A DNA stretch of 64,000 bases, taken from the NCBI GenBank assembly GCA_963701295.1, contig OY969585.1:1088001-1152000 (forward strand), written 5' to 3'. The notes below the pieces were generated by a model, which was given only the letters and a program-made list of their open reading frames with translations, searched no databases and had not been told where the DNA came from. The position numbers were made by a program, and so were the translations under genes. The stretch comes from Ignavibacteriota bacterium (GTDB lineage Bacteria; Bacteroidota; Ignavibacteria; UBA10030). Below, in pieces: positions 41,430 to 52,297 of the stretch; position 1 is the first letter of the stretch, and every line of letters begins with the position of its first letter.

Positions 41430-41526
41430 TTTTGCACATCATCTGCACGTTGATATTCACGAGTTATCCACATCGGGATTGCAATTCCTTGCAATTTTAC
41501 TGATTTTGGATGTGAATTGTGGATAA
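41430..41526. promoter_or_regulatory. DnaA-box cluster (candidate oriC or DnaA-regulated region)
   Basis: TTTTGCACA 41430, ATCTGCACG 41441, ATATTCACG 41453, TTATCCACA 41464; opposite-orientation TGTGGATAA at 41518. Confidence 0.65.
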
Positions 41527-41539
41527 CTGACAACCATTA

Positions 41540-43213
41540 ATGATTACCAACTACTATACTTTATTTCACCTGGCGGTTGAATTGAATCAAGAATTTTCCG
41601 GACGAAGAGTAGACGAAATCTTTACTCAATACCGCGGTGAGTTGATTCTGTCGTTTCGGGAAACTCCTGCTGTTATTCTCGCTGGTTGTGAACCAGCGAA
41701 TAATTATATCTATGCGCGAAAAACGTTTGCTCGGGCGCGTCGAAACTCCACAAATCTTTTTTCCGAAGTTCATGGGATGATGATTGAGAGGATTTCCATA
41801 CATCCGACAGATCGGCAAATATTTATTCGATTGAAGGATGGATGTGAACTGATTGTCCAATTATTCGGATCAAAAGCTAATATTCTTTTCGTTGATACAA
41901 GCGATAGAGTGACCGATCTGTTCTTGAAGAAATCAGATCTGAAGAATACGAAACTTGAATTGTTCTCTCAGATTCAACGCTCGGATATTCCAGAACCGCT
42001 CCACAACAACATTGTGGCAACGTACGGAGACCAACCACTCGCAACCGCGCTGAAACGTATGTTCCCATTATTCGGTTCTGTGCTTATCCGGGAATTGCTC
42101 ACTCGTGCTGGTTTGAACGGCGAACAACTGGTTGTCGATTTACTGGAAAATGAAATTGACCGATTGTTCAATGGTGCACAACGATTAAAAGAAGAACTTC
42201 TTTCTCCACCGTCACCGCGTGTGTACTCGAACGGCACATTGCCTATACGCTTCTCTATCATTCCATTGCAGCATCTCAATGAATTTGAGTTTCAAAAATA
42301 CGAATTTGTGTCGGAAGCAATCTACATGTTTCGTGCGCATGTATATCATGAGAAAACCATTCTCCACGAGAAGGAAGGAATCATGAAAGTACTGGAGCGC
42401 GAACGAGACCATATAGAGCGGACACTGCAAAAAATTGCAGTTGAAGCAGAAGTGCCAAATCGGGCAGAACACTACGAGAAATTTGGGAAGCTATTAATAG
42501 CGAACCTCCATCTCATCAAAAAAGGCGATCACATAGCAATAGCTGAAGATTTTGTAAGCGGTTCTCATGACATTCTTGAAATTATGATTGACCCGCATCT
42601 CACACCGGCAAAAAACGCTGAACGATACTTTGAAAAAGCTAAAAAATCCCGGCACGCTGTAGAAGAACAACGTCACCGTGTGGCTGAATTAACAGAGCGG
42701 CAAAAATCGGTTTCTCAGCTTCTCACGCGTATGGAAGACGTTATTACAGCAGATGATCTACATCGCTTTGCAGAAGAAAATCGGATAGAGCTTTCAAAAT
42801 TTGGATTGGAAACAAAAAAATCAGGACGGGTAAAGAAAGAAGAACCATCACCGTTTCGTGTGTTTACAGTTGTGGGCGGATTTCAAGTGTGGGCGGGAAA
42901 AAGCGGTGAGAACAATGATTTGCTCTCAACGCGCCACACGGCAAAGAATGATCTCTGGTTCCATGCCCGTGGTGTGGGCGGTTCGCATGTGGTACTCAAA
43001 GTCGGAACGGGTAAGGGCGAGGTAAGCAGGCAAGCGATCGAACAGGCGGCTGCAATTGCGGCGTACTATAGTAAGATGAAGAATTCAAAATTGGTGCCGG
43101 TAGCGATGTGCGAGGGGAAGTACGTAAGAAAACCAAAAGGAGTTCCGGCGGGCACAGTTGCTTTGGAACGAGAGAAGACATTGTTCGTCGAACCAGCTTT
43201 ACCGCAGCCGTAA
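41540..43213 (+). CDS. rqcH: NFACT/RqcH ribosome quality-control protein
   Basis: HPTDRQI, NAERYFEKAKK, GKSGENNDLL, WFHARGVGGSHV, AAYYSK. Confidence 0.9.
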   Translation: MITNYYTLFHLAVELNQEFSGRRVDEIFTQYRGELILSFRETPAVILAGCEPANNYIYARKTFARARRNSTNLFSEVHGMMIERISIHPTDRQIFIRLKDGCELIVQLFGSKANILFVDTSDRVTDLFLKKSDLKNTKLELFSQIQRSDIPEPLHNNIVATYGDQPLATALKRMFPLFGSVLIRELLTRAGLNGEQLVVDLLENEIDRLFNGAQRLKEELLSPPSPRVYSNGTLPIRFSIIPLQHLNEFEFQKYEFVSEAIYMFRAHVYHEKTILHEKEGIMKVLERERDHIERTLQKIAVEAEVPNRAEHYEKFGKLLIANLHLIKKGDHIAIAEDFVSGSHDILEIMIDPHLTPAKNAERYFEKAKKSRHAVEEQRHRVAELTERQKSVSQLLTRMEDVITADDLHRFAEENRIELSKFGLETKKSGRVKKEEPSPFRVFTVVGGFQVWAGKSGENNDLLSTRHTAKNDLWFHARGVGGSHVVLKVGTGKGEVSRQAIEQAAAIAAYYSKMKNSKLVPVAMCEGKYVRKPKGVPAGTVALEREKTLFVEPALPQP

Positions 43214-43223
43214 GGATTGAATC

Positions 43224-44036
43224 TTGCTCAAAATAAGACAGATAGAACAATCTGAAATTCCCCAGCTGCAAAATTTTCCTCCTGAAGACTGGAATTTGGA
43301 TCTCCCCAGATTATTCACTTTTCATTTCGGGTATCCCTATTTCTATCCGGTAGTAGCTGAAGTCGATAAAAAAATTATCGGATGCGGAATTGCCATAGTG
43401 CATGGAAATATCAGCTGGCTTGGAACGATTATAGTTCTTCCAGAATTTCGAAGAAGGGGAATTGGAAAAGAAATAACATCCCATCTTGTACAATACTGCA
43501 AAGACAGGGGATGTATCACTCAGCTGCTCACAGCCAGTGCAATGGGTGAATCTGTCTATAGACAGCTTGGCTTTAAAACCAGTGCAGAATATATATCTTA
43601 TAAAAGGGAATCAAATGTTTCAATTCAACGCATTTCAAATATGAGAGAAGTCAGACACAAAGATGTAAAATATATTAAGGAACTTGACAAAGAGATTATC
43701 GGAGAAGAACGATTTACTTTTCTTGAAAGGTTTCTTTCTACCGGATGGGTCTATGTTCCAGAGAGATCAGCTTGTATCAGTGGTGCCTATCTTCCGGATT
43801 TTGGCAGTGGGTTAATGATTGCAAAAGATTCCACGGCAGGGTTAGCACTTATGAAATTGAGATTCAATCGTGGGAAGACAACAGCAGTCGTTCCGTCGTC
43901 GAACACAATTGCTCGAGAGTATTTATTGTCAGAAGGGTTTCAGGAGCATCGCACAGCTCCGAGAATGGTATTAGGGAACGATGTGCAGTGGCATCCCACA
44001 ATGCTTTACAATAGGGCAGCGGGCTATTGTGGGTAG
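43224..44036 (+). CDS. GNAT acetyltransferase
   Basis: VLPEFRRRGIG, LTASAMGESVYRQLGF. Confidence 0.85.
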   Translation: MLKIRQIEQSEIPQLQNFPPEDWNLDLPRLFTFHFGYPYFYPVVAEVDKKIIGCGIAIVHGNISWLGTIIVLPEFRRRGIGKEITSHLVQYCKDRGCITQLLTASAMGESVYRQLGFKTSAEYISYKRESNVSIQRISNMREVRHKDVKYIKELDKEIIGEERFTFLERFLSTGWVYVPERSACISGAYLPDFGSGLMIAKDSTAGLALMKLRFNRGKTTAVVPSSNTIAREYLLSEGFQEHRTAPRMVLGNDVQWHPTMLYNRAAGYCG

Positions 44037-44059
44037 ATAACAATCAATAGAATTATTGA

Positions 44060-45740
44060 CTATTTCTTTTCCTTCTGCTCAATCTTTGCCCATGTATCTT
44101 TCAAAGTCACAATGCGGTTGAATACCGGTGCACTCGGTTTTGAATCTTTCATGTCTGCACAAAAGTATCCTGTTCTTTCGAATTGGAATCGTTCTCCCGG
44201 TGCGGCTAAACCGAGCATCGGTTCCAATTTACTATGTGTAAGCACCTGCAGGGAATTGGGATTAATGTTGGAGAGAAAGTCTTTTCCTTCTTCCACGTCG
44301 TTGGGATCTTCTTTCACAAAGAGACGATCATAGAGTCGAACTTCTGCATTCACTGCATCATGTGCGGAAACCCAATGAATCGTTGATTTCACTTTGCGAT
44401 TGGCTGTTGCAGTACCGCTTTTGGTCGCTGGATCGTATGTGCAATGAAGTTCTGTGATATTCCCTTTTGCATCTTTTATAACTTTTTCGCATTTGATAAT
44501 GTATGCATACCGAAGACGCACTTCTGTTCCCGGTGATAACCGATAATATTTTGGCGGCGGTACTTCGCGGAAATCCTCTTGATCGATGTACAATTCACGG
44601 CTGAACGGAATCATGCGTGAGCCCGCTGACTCATCTTCAGGGTTATTTACAGCACTTAATTCTTCCGCTTTGCCTTCGGGATAATTCGTGAGCACCACTT
44701 TCATTGGGTTCAACACAGCCATTGCCCGCTGCGAGTTCTTGTTAAGATCCTCTCGGATACTCCATTCCAGCATTGCCACATCGATCATGCTGTCTTTCTT
44801 CGAAACGCCGATCTTGTCGCAAAACACTTTAATCGAATCTGCCGTATATCCCCGGCGCCGAAATCCGGCAAGAGTCGGCATACGAGGATCATCCCAGCCG
44901 GAAACATGCTTTTCTTGAACGAGCTGCAGCAGTCTGCGTTTGCTCAGGACCTGTGTACGTAATGTTGAGCCGAGCAAATTCGATTTGCTGCGGATGGTAA
45001 ATTCCTATGTTCTCAAGAAACCAATCATATAACGGACGATGGTTCTCGAATTCAAGTGTGCAGATAGAATGCGTGATGTTCTCAATGGAATCTTCAAGTC
45101 CATGTGCCCAATCATATGTTGGATAGATGCACCATGTATCGCCTTGTCGGTGGTGTCCCTCATGAACAACTCTATACATAATCGGATCGCGCAGGTTGAT
45201 ATTCGGCGATGCCATATCGATCTTGGCACGCAGTGTCTTTGATCCGTCCGGGAATTCCCCCTTGCGCATGCGTTCAAACAAATTGAGATTTTCTTCGATA
45301 CTTCGGTTTCTAAAGGGGCTATCCTTACCAGGCTCTGTGAGTGTGCCACGAGTAGCTCGAATCTCATCTCCATCGAGATCGCAGACGTAAGCTTTCCCCT
45401 TTTTGATCAGATCAACAGCCCACTGATACATCTGCTCAAAATAATCCGATGCATAGAATAAGCGGTCTTCAAAATCACCCCCCAGCCATTTCACATCTTC
45501 AATAATCGAATCAACGTATTCCTGTTCTTCTTTTTCAGGATTTGTGTCATCGAAACGGAGATTGAATTTACCGTTATAGTCTTTAGCTATTCCGTAATTG
45601 AGGCGAATAGATTTTGCATGCCCGATATGGAGATATCCATTAGGTTCAGGAGGGAAACGTGTATGGACGCGTCCTTGAAATTTATTGGTTTTGAGATCCT
45701 CGTCAATAATTTCACGGATAAAATCATTTTTTTCGTTCAT
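44060..45740 (-). CDS. glnS: Glutaminyl-tRNA synthetase, apparent 1-nt frameshift at about 44950
   Basis: [41 protein letters not shown]. Removing one base restores [13 protein letters not shown]. Confidence 0.93.
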
Positions 45741-45861
45741 TGTTATAATTCTTTCCAAATTCAATATTGAGTGTCAGGTAAAATATAGGGAAAACCGAGC
45801 GATTATCAAAAGAAGTCACCTCAATAAGAATTTAGGCAACGAAGAGAAAAAGGGGGATAAC

Positions 45862-46350
45862 TCAGTTGATTCTCTTATAGAGAGGTAGAGAAAGATTCTT
45901 AGCAACGGAATCAGCCAACTTCTTTCCTTCCACACTGAATCCCCAATAGAAAAGGAATTTGATTGGATGCTGCTTCTGGATAGATTTGATTGCCTTGCAC
46001 ATCAAACGCTTTGCAAGTCCTTTTCTTCTATACTCAGGAAGTACAAGCGCTGAACATAAATAGACAGCATCATACTTAGCTCGAAGAGAAGTTCTCTTCA
46101 ATAATTCCTTCTCATGAATCTTCTTTGTAATAAATTGACTCATTAAGTCCTTCGTCGTTGGGAAAACAAGAATCCATGCAATTGGTCCATTTTTAGTGCT
46201 TTTCTCTGTTATGGTGCTCGGATGGATTTTCCGGAGACGGGTTATAACTTTTGTGTTGACGGAGATTTGTGTCGGATCTTGCTTCATGCCGAAAACTTCA
46301 TCGGCGAGACGAATCATTCTAGCAAGATTTTCTTCAGTTTGAATAGACAT
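45862..46350 (-). CDS. GNAT-like acetyltransferase
   Basis: YLCSALVLPEYRRKGLAKRL. Confidence 0.7.
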   Translation of the reverse strand: MSIQTEENLARMIRLADEVFGMKQDPTQISVNTKVITRLRKIHPSTITEKSTKNGPIAWILVFPTTKDLMSQFITKKIHEKELLKRTSLRAKYDAVYLCSALVLPEYRRKGLAKRLMCKAIKSIQKQHPIKFLFYWGFSVEGKKLADSVAKNLSLPLYKRIN

Positions 46351-46532
46351 ATTCCTTTGGTGAAAGGAAAGAAGATATGTGTTCAATTTCAACTATTGAA
46401 ATTTGTTTGAACAAGCGGTAGATTCATTTCAATGTTATTGTCTGTCTCGAATGGAATTCGAGACGAGATCTCGTCCGACAAAATCGGGACGGAAAGTTCG
46501 ATTGTCACACTGTCAACATCGCCGAAAGAGAA

Positions 46533-46937
46533 ATGATTACGGGAATGAAATGCACAAACAATAAGTCTTGGAATTCGAACCTCTATGTGCTCAAACTTGC
46601 ATTGTTGATCACGCACGAAATTGATTCAGCATTCTGGAAAGAATGGAATTTGTTTGGACTGCCAGACGGCGTTCAAGAATTTCTCGTAGTGAATTTTCTT
46701 CTTATGCTGGTTGCACTCGTTGGATTTAGGAATATGATTTCTGGAAAAATGAGCGGATATTATTTTGCCGTTCTCTTAGCAAGTTCAGACATATTTGCTT
46801 TTTGTCTCCATATGTACTTTATCTTAACGGGACATCAGGAATTCACGCTACTCGTTTCTATTGTTATACTCATCGCAACGTTGATTGTTTCGCTGATCCA
46901 AGGTGTGCTTGCACTACAGGCAATACGCGAAAAATAG
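46533..46937 (+). CDS. Membrane protein (DUF6713-like; start uncertain)
   Basis: LLITHEIDSAFWKEWNLF plus 4 TMs. Confidence 0.65.
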   Translation: MITGMKCTNNKSWNSNLYVLKLALLITHEIDSAFWKEWNLFGLPDGVQEFLVVNFLLMLVALVGFRNMISGKMSGYYFAVLLASSDIFAFCLHMYFILTGHQEFTLLVSIVILIATLIVSLIQGVLALQAIREK

Positions 46938-46952
46938 TAAACTGGAAATTTT

Positions 46953-47315
46953 ATGATAAAGATATTCATGATTCTCATCCACGCGTTCATTGGCTGGGCG
47001 CTTTGTGCGGCAATCATTGGTATCGGGTTTCATATTACTACTGAACAAACTACGCTGATCGTTCACGCTCTGGGTGCCCCGCTCATCTTTGGCGTTATAT
47101 CAAGGTTTTACTTTAAAAAATTCCATCATGTGTCGCCGATGCAGATGGCGTTCATCTGTTCGGGATTTGCATTGTTTTTAGATTTCTTTCTTGTAGCAAT
47201 GATAATTCAGAAGAGTCTCGCGATGTTCAACAGCGTTTTAGGGACATGGATTCCATTTCTCTTGATATTTCTTTCAACATACATTGTTGGGGGAAAAATT
47301 AACAATGGCACATAA
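46953..47315 (+). CDS. Small 4-TM hypothetical membrane protein
   Basis: Hydrophobic ORF co-oriented with its neighbours. Confidence 0.65.
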   Translation: MIKIFMILIHAFIGWALCAAIIGIGFHITTEQTTLIVHALGAPLIFGVISRFYFKKFHHVSPMQMAFICSGFALFLDFFLVAMIIQKSLAMFNSVLGTWIPFLLIFLSTYIVGGKINNGT

Positions 47316-47386
47316 CGACTTTTTCACTATAATTCGCTCTTGAAGAGCGTCTTCAGAAAACAGAATATATTGAAGGTCATGATTGC

Positions 47387-47998
47387 GTGGTATCGTATCT
47401 CGTCCTCGGAATGACATATGCCTTTGCGGCAGCCGTACAACCAGGTCCGCTGCAAAGCTATCTCATCTCTCAAACGTTGAGAAAAGGCTGGCAGCGTACC
47501 TTACCTGCCGCATGTGCTCCGCTTATTAGCGATGGACCGATCATTGTGGTGGTCATATTTCTGTTGAGCCGTGTGCCTGCAGGAATGATCAACATTCTGC
47601 AGTTTGCCGGAGGAATGTTTCTTCTCTACCTTGCCATAGATGCATGGAAAGCATGGAAGAACTTTGATTCTGAGAACATGATACATTCTGCATCGAGCCG
47701 CAAAACTATACTGCAAGCTGTGCTCGTGAATTTCTTGAACCCCGGGCCCTACCTCGGCTGGAGCCTGGTGATGGGCCCGCTACTTCTCAAAGGTTGGAGG
47801 GAAACCTACTTGAATGGAATTGTATTGCTCTTGGGATTTTATACGACGATGGTTCTCAGTCAAATTGGAATCGTTCTGATATTTGCTCGTGCAGGGAAAC
47901 TCGGTCCACAGGTGAACCGGGTGTTCATAGGCCTGTCGGCGGTCGGCTTGGTGTGCTTTGGAATTTATGAATTATGGTCGGGGGCAAAATATTTCTAA
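47387..47998 (+). CDS. LysE family translocator
   Basis: QPGP, SDGP, NFLNP.PYLGW. Confidence 0.85.
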   Translation: MVSYLVLGMTYAFAAAVQPGPLQSYLISQTLRKGWQRTLPAACAPLISDGPIIVVVIFLLSRVPAGMINILQFAGGMFLLYLAIDAWKAWKNFDSENMIHSASSRKTILQAVLVNFLNPGPYLGWSLVMGPLLLKGWRETYLNGIVLLLGFYTTMVLSQIGIVLIFARAGKLGPQVNRVFIGLSAVGLVCFGIYELWSGAKYF

Positions 47999-48028
47999 TT
48001 GCAATTATGCCAAATAACCTTAGCAGCC

Positions 48029-48598
48029 ATGGAAACTGTCGAAGAACGTATGAGAAGAGTTATACAGGAAGAAGTTGAAGTTGTTCCGTACAATCCGGAT
48101 TGGCCCCGGATGTTTGTGCTCGAAAAGAACCATCTTCTCTCCTGCCTGCAGAAAACTGTCCTGAAGAGAATCGAGCACTTCGGCAGCACGGCAATACCGC
48201 TGTTGTCGGCAAAACCCATCATTGATATTCTGGCGGAGGTGACGTCTCTTGAAGAAACAAAGAAGGTCATTGTTCCGATTTTGACAGCTCAGGGGTACGA
48301 ATATTTCTGGAGGCCCTCTTGGGGCGACGATGTTCCTCCGTACTATGCATGGTTCATCAAACGAGATTCACATAAACATCGTACACATCACATCCATATG
48401 GTGGAACATGATTTTGAACATTGGGATAGGCTGCTGTTTCGAGATTATTTAATTGAGCATCCGGATATCGCGAAGGAATATGAAACAATAAAAGTTCACT
48501 TAGCAAAAAACTTTTCAAAAGACAGAGTGGCTTATACTCAAGCGAAAACAGAATTTATTCTAAAGATAACACGGAAAGCAAAGGAACACTATAGATGA
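48029..48598 (+). CDS. GrpB family nucleotidyltransferase-fold protein
   Basis: VVPYNPDWP, IEHFGSTAIP..AKPIIDI, FRDYL, YTQAKT. Confidence 0.9.
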   Translation: METVEERMRRVIQEEVEVVPYNPDWPRMFVLEKNHLLSCLQKTVLKRIEHFGSTAIPLLSAKPIIDILAEVTSLEETKKVIVPILTAQGYEYFWRPSWGDDVPPYYAWFIKRDSHKHRTHHIHMVEHDFEHWDRLLFRDYLIEHPDIAKEYETIKVHLAKNFSKDRVAYTQAKTEFILKITRKAKEHYR

Positions 48599-48674
48599 AT
48601 AAATCGCTAGTGATGAGAAAAATAGAAATTACTTTCTCATGGAAGAGCCCAATACTAAAGAGGCGTATGGAGAC

Positions 48675-50676
48675 ATGAAACAAACACTTGTCGTTCTCAC
48701 AGTCATACTTACTATGTTCATTTGTTCTACAAATGCACAACAGGTTATTTTTCAATCGCCATTAAGTCCACGCATTGCGAGTTACAAGATATCCGTAACT
48801 TTGAATGCCCAGAAGAAAAAACTGAGCGGAACGGAGACACTGGTATGGAGAAATACCTCGAGCAACCGGATCAAAGAACTCCGGTTTCACCTATATCTTA
48901 ATGCGTTCAAAAATTCTGCATCGACTTTCATGAAAGAATTGAGAGGCCGCCGAGGCAGCAGGTACTGGAAACATGAAATGGGGATGGATTGATGTCAAGA
49001 AAATGACTCTGCATCAAGGGGAAAATCTGACACAGAAGATGGAATTTATTCATCCCGACGATGAAAACGCGGAGGATCGGACAGTCATTCGTGTGCCGTT
49101 GTCGAAACCTATTCTGCCGGGCCGGACAGCAATTGTGGATGTTGAGTTCGAAGCTCAACTTCCAACTATTGTTGCACGTACCGGATATTACAAAAATTTT
49201 GTGATGGCAGCGCAATGGTTTCCTAAAATTGGTGTGTACGAAAAAAAGGGTGATCGATACGCGACAACCGGACAATGGAATTGTCACCAGTTTCATTCGG
49301 AAACAGAGTTCTTCGCTGACTATGGTGTGTACGATGTTTCCATCACGCTCCCCAAAAACTACGTGACCGGTGCAGTAGGTTTGTTGCAATCGGAAAAAGA
49401 GAATCCAGATAGCACCAAGACGGTAATGTACCACGCAGAAGATGTGCATGATTTCTCTTGGACAGCTTCTCCCGATTTCGTGGCCGTTGAAGATCAATGG
49501 AAGAATGTTAAAATTCGCCTGCTGACGCAAGCATATAAAGTACCATCGGTATCCAATAAGCACATTGAATCGGTGAAAGGAGCGCTTCAAAAATTCAACG
49601 AGCTGGTTGGCGAATATCCGTATCCCAACCTCACCATTGTCGATCCACCGAGGAATGCAGACCACGCCGGCGGCATGGAATATCCTTCCCTCATAACAAC
49701 GCTCTCGATTTGGGGATTGCCCTCCAAGATACATTTGAATGAAGCGGTAACAATTCATGAATTTGGACACCAGTATTTTTATGGAATGCTTGGCAGCAAC
49801 GAATTTGAAGAAGCATGGCTCGATGAGGGATTCACGCAATATTTTGAAACGCGAATCATGAACGCGCTCTATGGGGAAAAAAAATCCATGATCGATCTTC
49901 TTGGGTTTGGTTTCGATGACCTTGAATTTACCCGTTGGGAATATACCGACATGATCAATCCTAAACTTGCGCCGACATTGCAAAATGCGTGGCAGTACAC
50001 TGCCGGAGGATATGATGAGTTCACATATTTTAAGAGCACGATGATCCTCACCACACTGGAACGGATGATCGGGCAGCCGGTGATGGATGAGGTGATCCAT
50101 GTTTATTTTGATCGATGGAAGTTCAAACATCCATGTACACGGGATTTCATTGCTGTAGTGAACGAAGTAGTTCTCAAGAATCATGGAAACAAATTCGGCG
50201 ATAATATGAACTGGTTTTTCGATCAGGTTCTTTCTGGAACCGATATCTGCGATTATGAACTGAGCAGGATTGATGTTCATCCGGTGGCGCGTTCGGCAGG
50301 AATTTTTGATTCTGCAAATATTCAGGAAAAGCCAGATTCCACATTGAGAAGCAAACATAGTACTATGTTTGATTCACGAATCATAGTTAGCCGGTTAGGA
50401 GAAATTAAACTGCCCTTGGATGTGTTGATTCATTTTGAAGATGGCACAGAGGTTCGCGAGTCATGGGATGGACAGGCACGTTGGAAGGAATTCAACTATA
50501 CCGGGAAGGCGAAAGTGGTTTGGGCAAAAGCTGATCCGGATGGGGTTCTTGCTCTTGATATTAACCAGAACAATAATAGTAGGACGTTGGAAGTGAATTC
50601 ACTCCCATTCTGGAAATATACCGCGAAGTTTATGACGTTCGTCCAGTCGATTCTTCAATGGACAGCTCTTTTCTAA
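48675..50676 (+). CDS. M1 family zinc aminopeptidase, apparent frameshift at about 48961
   Basis: Signal peptide and FHLYLNAF in the first ORF; QWFPK, GGMEYP, HEFGH..E in the second. Confidence 0.85.
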
Positions 50677-50700
50677 GACTCGATACGAAAGGATCTAAAA

Positions 50701-51807
50701 GTGACAGGATCTTTAAGAAAAGCATTGGTGGAAGGGATTCGTCAAACGAACCGTTCCCTCGCAGTTGTGTGGATTCTGTTTGGAGTGAATTTCTTACTGG
50801 CGCTGATTCCTGCCCTGTTATTTCGGTCGGGGATTATTGCAGGCTTCGGCAGTTCGCTTGCACCGGAACAACTCATAAGCAGATTCGACTTCACTGTGTA
50901 TATGGATTTGATGTATAAAAATTCTGGATCGCTGAGCGGCGCATTCGCATTGATCACCTGGTTTGTAATCGTGAATAACCTCCTGAGCACGTTTCTTGAC
51001 GGCGGTATCATTGGCACACTTGGAGAAACCAGCGAACGTTTCACGTTCCCCTCATTCTTCTCGTTATGCGGGAGATTCGCCGGAAGATTCATTCGCTTGT
51101 TCCTTGTCCTCATTCTCGCGATCGTTGCTGTTGGAATGGTGGCGATGATGGTGAGTGGTGCTGTCTATTCTCTTGTTGCGGGGGAAGGAGAAACAGAGAT
51201 CGAAATACTTCGTGCCGCGGCATCGGCTATTACGGTGTTCATTCTTCCAATGTCGATGCTCGCGCTTTCGGCGGATTACGCAAGAGTCATTACTGTTGCC
51301 GTGGATCAGCGGTCGATGTTCAAAGCCTTCTGGCTAGGAGTCCGCTTTACATTCACACATCTTATCAAAACGTATGGACTCTATCTTATTCTGATGATTC
51401 CTGCGCTTGTCTTACTGCTAAGCTGGATATTGATCTCAATTGGACTCAATACGTCTACTATATGGGCAGTATTGGGCGTCTTCCTTTTACAGCAAGTTGT
51501 TGTCATGGCAAGATTATGGGTGAAGGTCGTTTCGGTGGGCAGTCAAGTTGCATTCTATGCATCGTTAAAACCAGTCATGGTTTTTGAACCGCAGCCAGTG
51601 CCTCTTCTTGTCAAACCATCTTTAGCGACAGAACTGTCTTCTCTAGAGCCGGAAACGATAATTCCTTCGAAGGAAAAAAAATCACTATCCAACGCACCAG
51701 CGATGAAAAAGAGAAGAACACCGACGGCACGTACAACAAGAAAACGCGTTGTACCGAAGACAAAAGAAGTTTTCGTAAAAAAGAGAGTTACGAAGAAGAA
51801 AAAATAA
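50701..51807 (+). CDS. Integral membrane protein with a Lys/Arg-rich tail
   Basis: About 6 TMs; directly follows the M1 peptidase. Confidence 0.7.
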   Translation: MTGSLRKALVEGIRQTNRSLAVVWILFGVNFLLALIPALLFRSGIIAGFGSSLAPEQLISRFDFTVYMDLMYKNSGSLSGAFALITWFVIVNNLLSTFLDGGIIGTLGETSERFTFPSFFSLCGRFAGRFIRLFLVLILAIVAVGMVAMMVSGAVYSLVAGEGETEIEILRAAASAITVFILPMSMLALSADYARVITVAVDQRSMFKAFWLGVRFTFTHLIKTYGLYLILMIPALVLLLSWILISIGLNTSTIWAVLGVFLLQQVVVMARLWVKVVSVGSQVAFYASLKPVMVFEPQPVPLLVKPSLATELSSLEPETIIPSKEKKSLSNAPAMKKRRTPTARTTRKRVVPKTKEVFVKKRVTKKKK

Positions 51808-51820
51808 TAAAAATGTCACA

Positions 51821-51895
51821 GTCGTTCCCGAAGCCGGAGGCATGAGAATAATACAAGCGAAGCAAGCCCATTATTCTATATCCCCGCGGGAATCT
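51821..51895. repeat. Long imperfect palindrome, REP/MITE-like
   Basis: Outer arms TTCCCG / CGGGAA; inner arms AGAATAAT / ATTATTCT. Confidence 0.5.
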
Positions 51896-52297
51896 AAAAA
51901 ATAGATTGGACTATCTTGAATATTGTTTTGAGAGGGTTTATTTCTCTGCCGTTCCTAGAGCTTTTTATTTCAGCATACGTTGTGAGAAACGAGAATTGTT
52001 GATGAAAAAAAGAAATGCAGTATGGCATTGGTGCATACGTCGGTAGGGGGTTTGCCGATTTATTAGAAGTGGCTTCATCAAGTCCCGGCACTGCAGCTGA
52101 TGAGTCACCGCATTCTCTGATTCTTTCTTATGATGATCGTTCTGGGAGCACTTTCCAAGGGATTTAGAAGAGAGTGATAAAAATCACCTGGCACGAAAAT
52201 ATGGTTGATATTTGAACTAGCAAAATGTAGATTGAAAGTATTGCATTTCTGAAATCTGTTGGGGTGAAGAGGCGGCCTATCGTAAGGGAAGGCATAG

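Noticed and set aside
44060-45740. glnS pseudogene or programmed frameshift
   Set aside because: Both halves are fully conserved, there is no slippery sequence, and the context matches the other apparent sequencing errors.
46444-46492. Two short hairpins (GTCTCGAAT/ATTCGAGAC and CGTCC..GGACG) between divergent genes
   Set aside because: Short and single-copy in the window; no function can be supported.
48928-50358. 476-aa minus-strand ORF
   Set aside because: Antisense shadow of the M1 peptidase.
52090-52200. Hammerhead ribozyme or fluoride riboswitch (CTGATGAG)
   Set aside because: The required stem II/GAAA pairing and the 5' riboswitch consensus could not be built.
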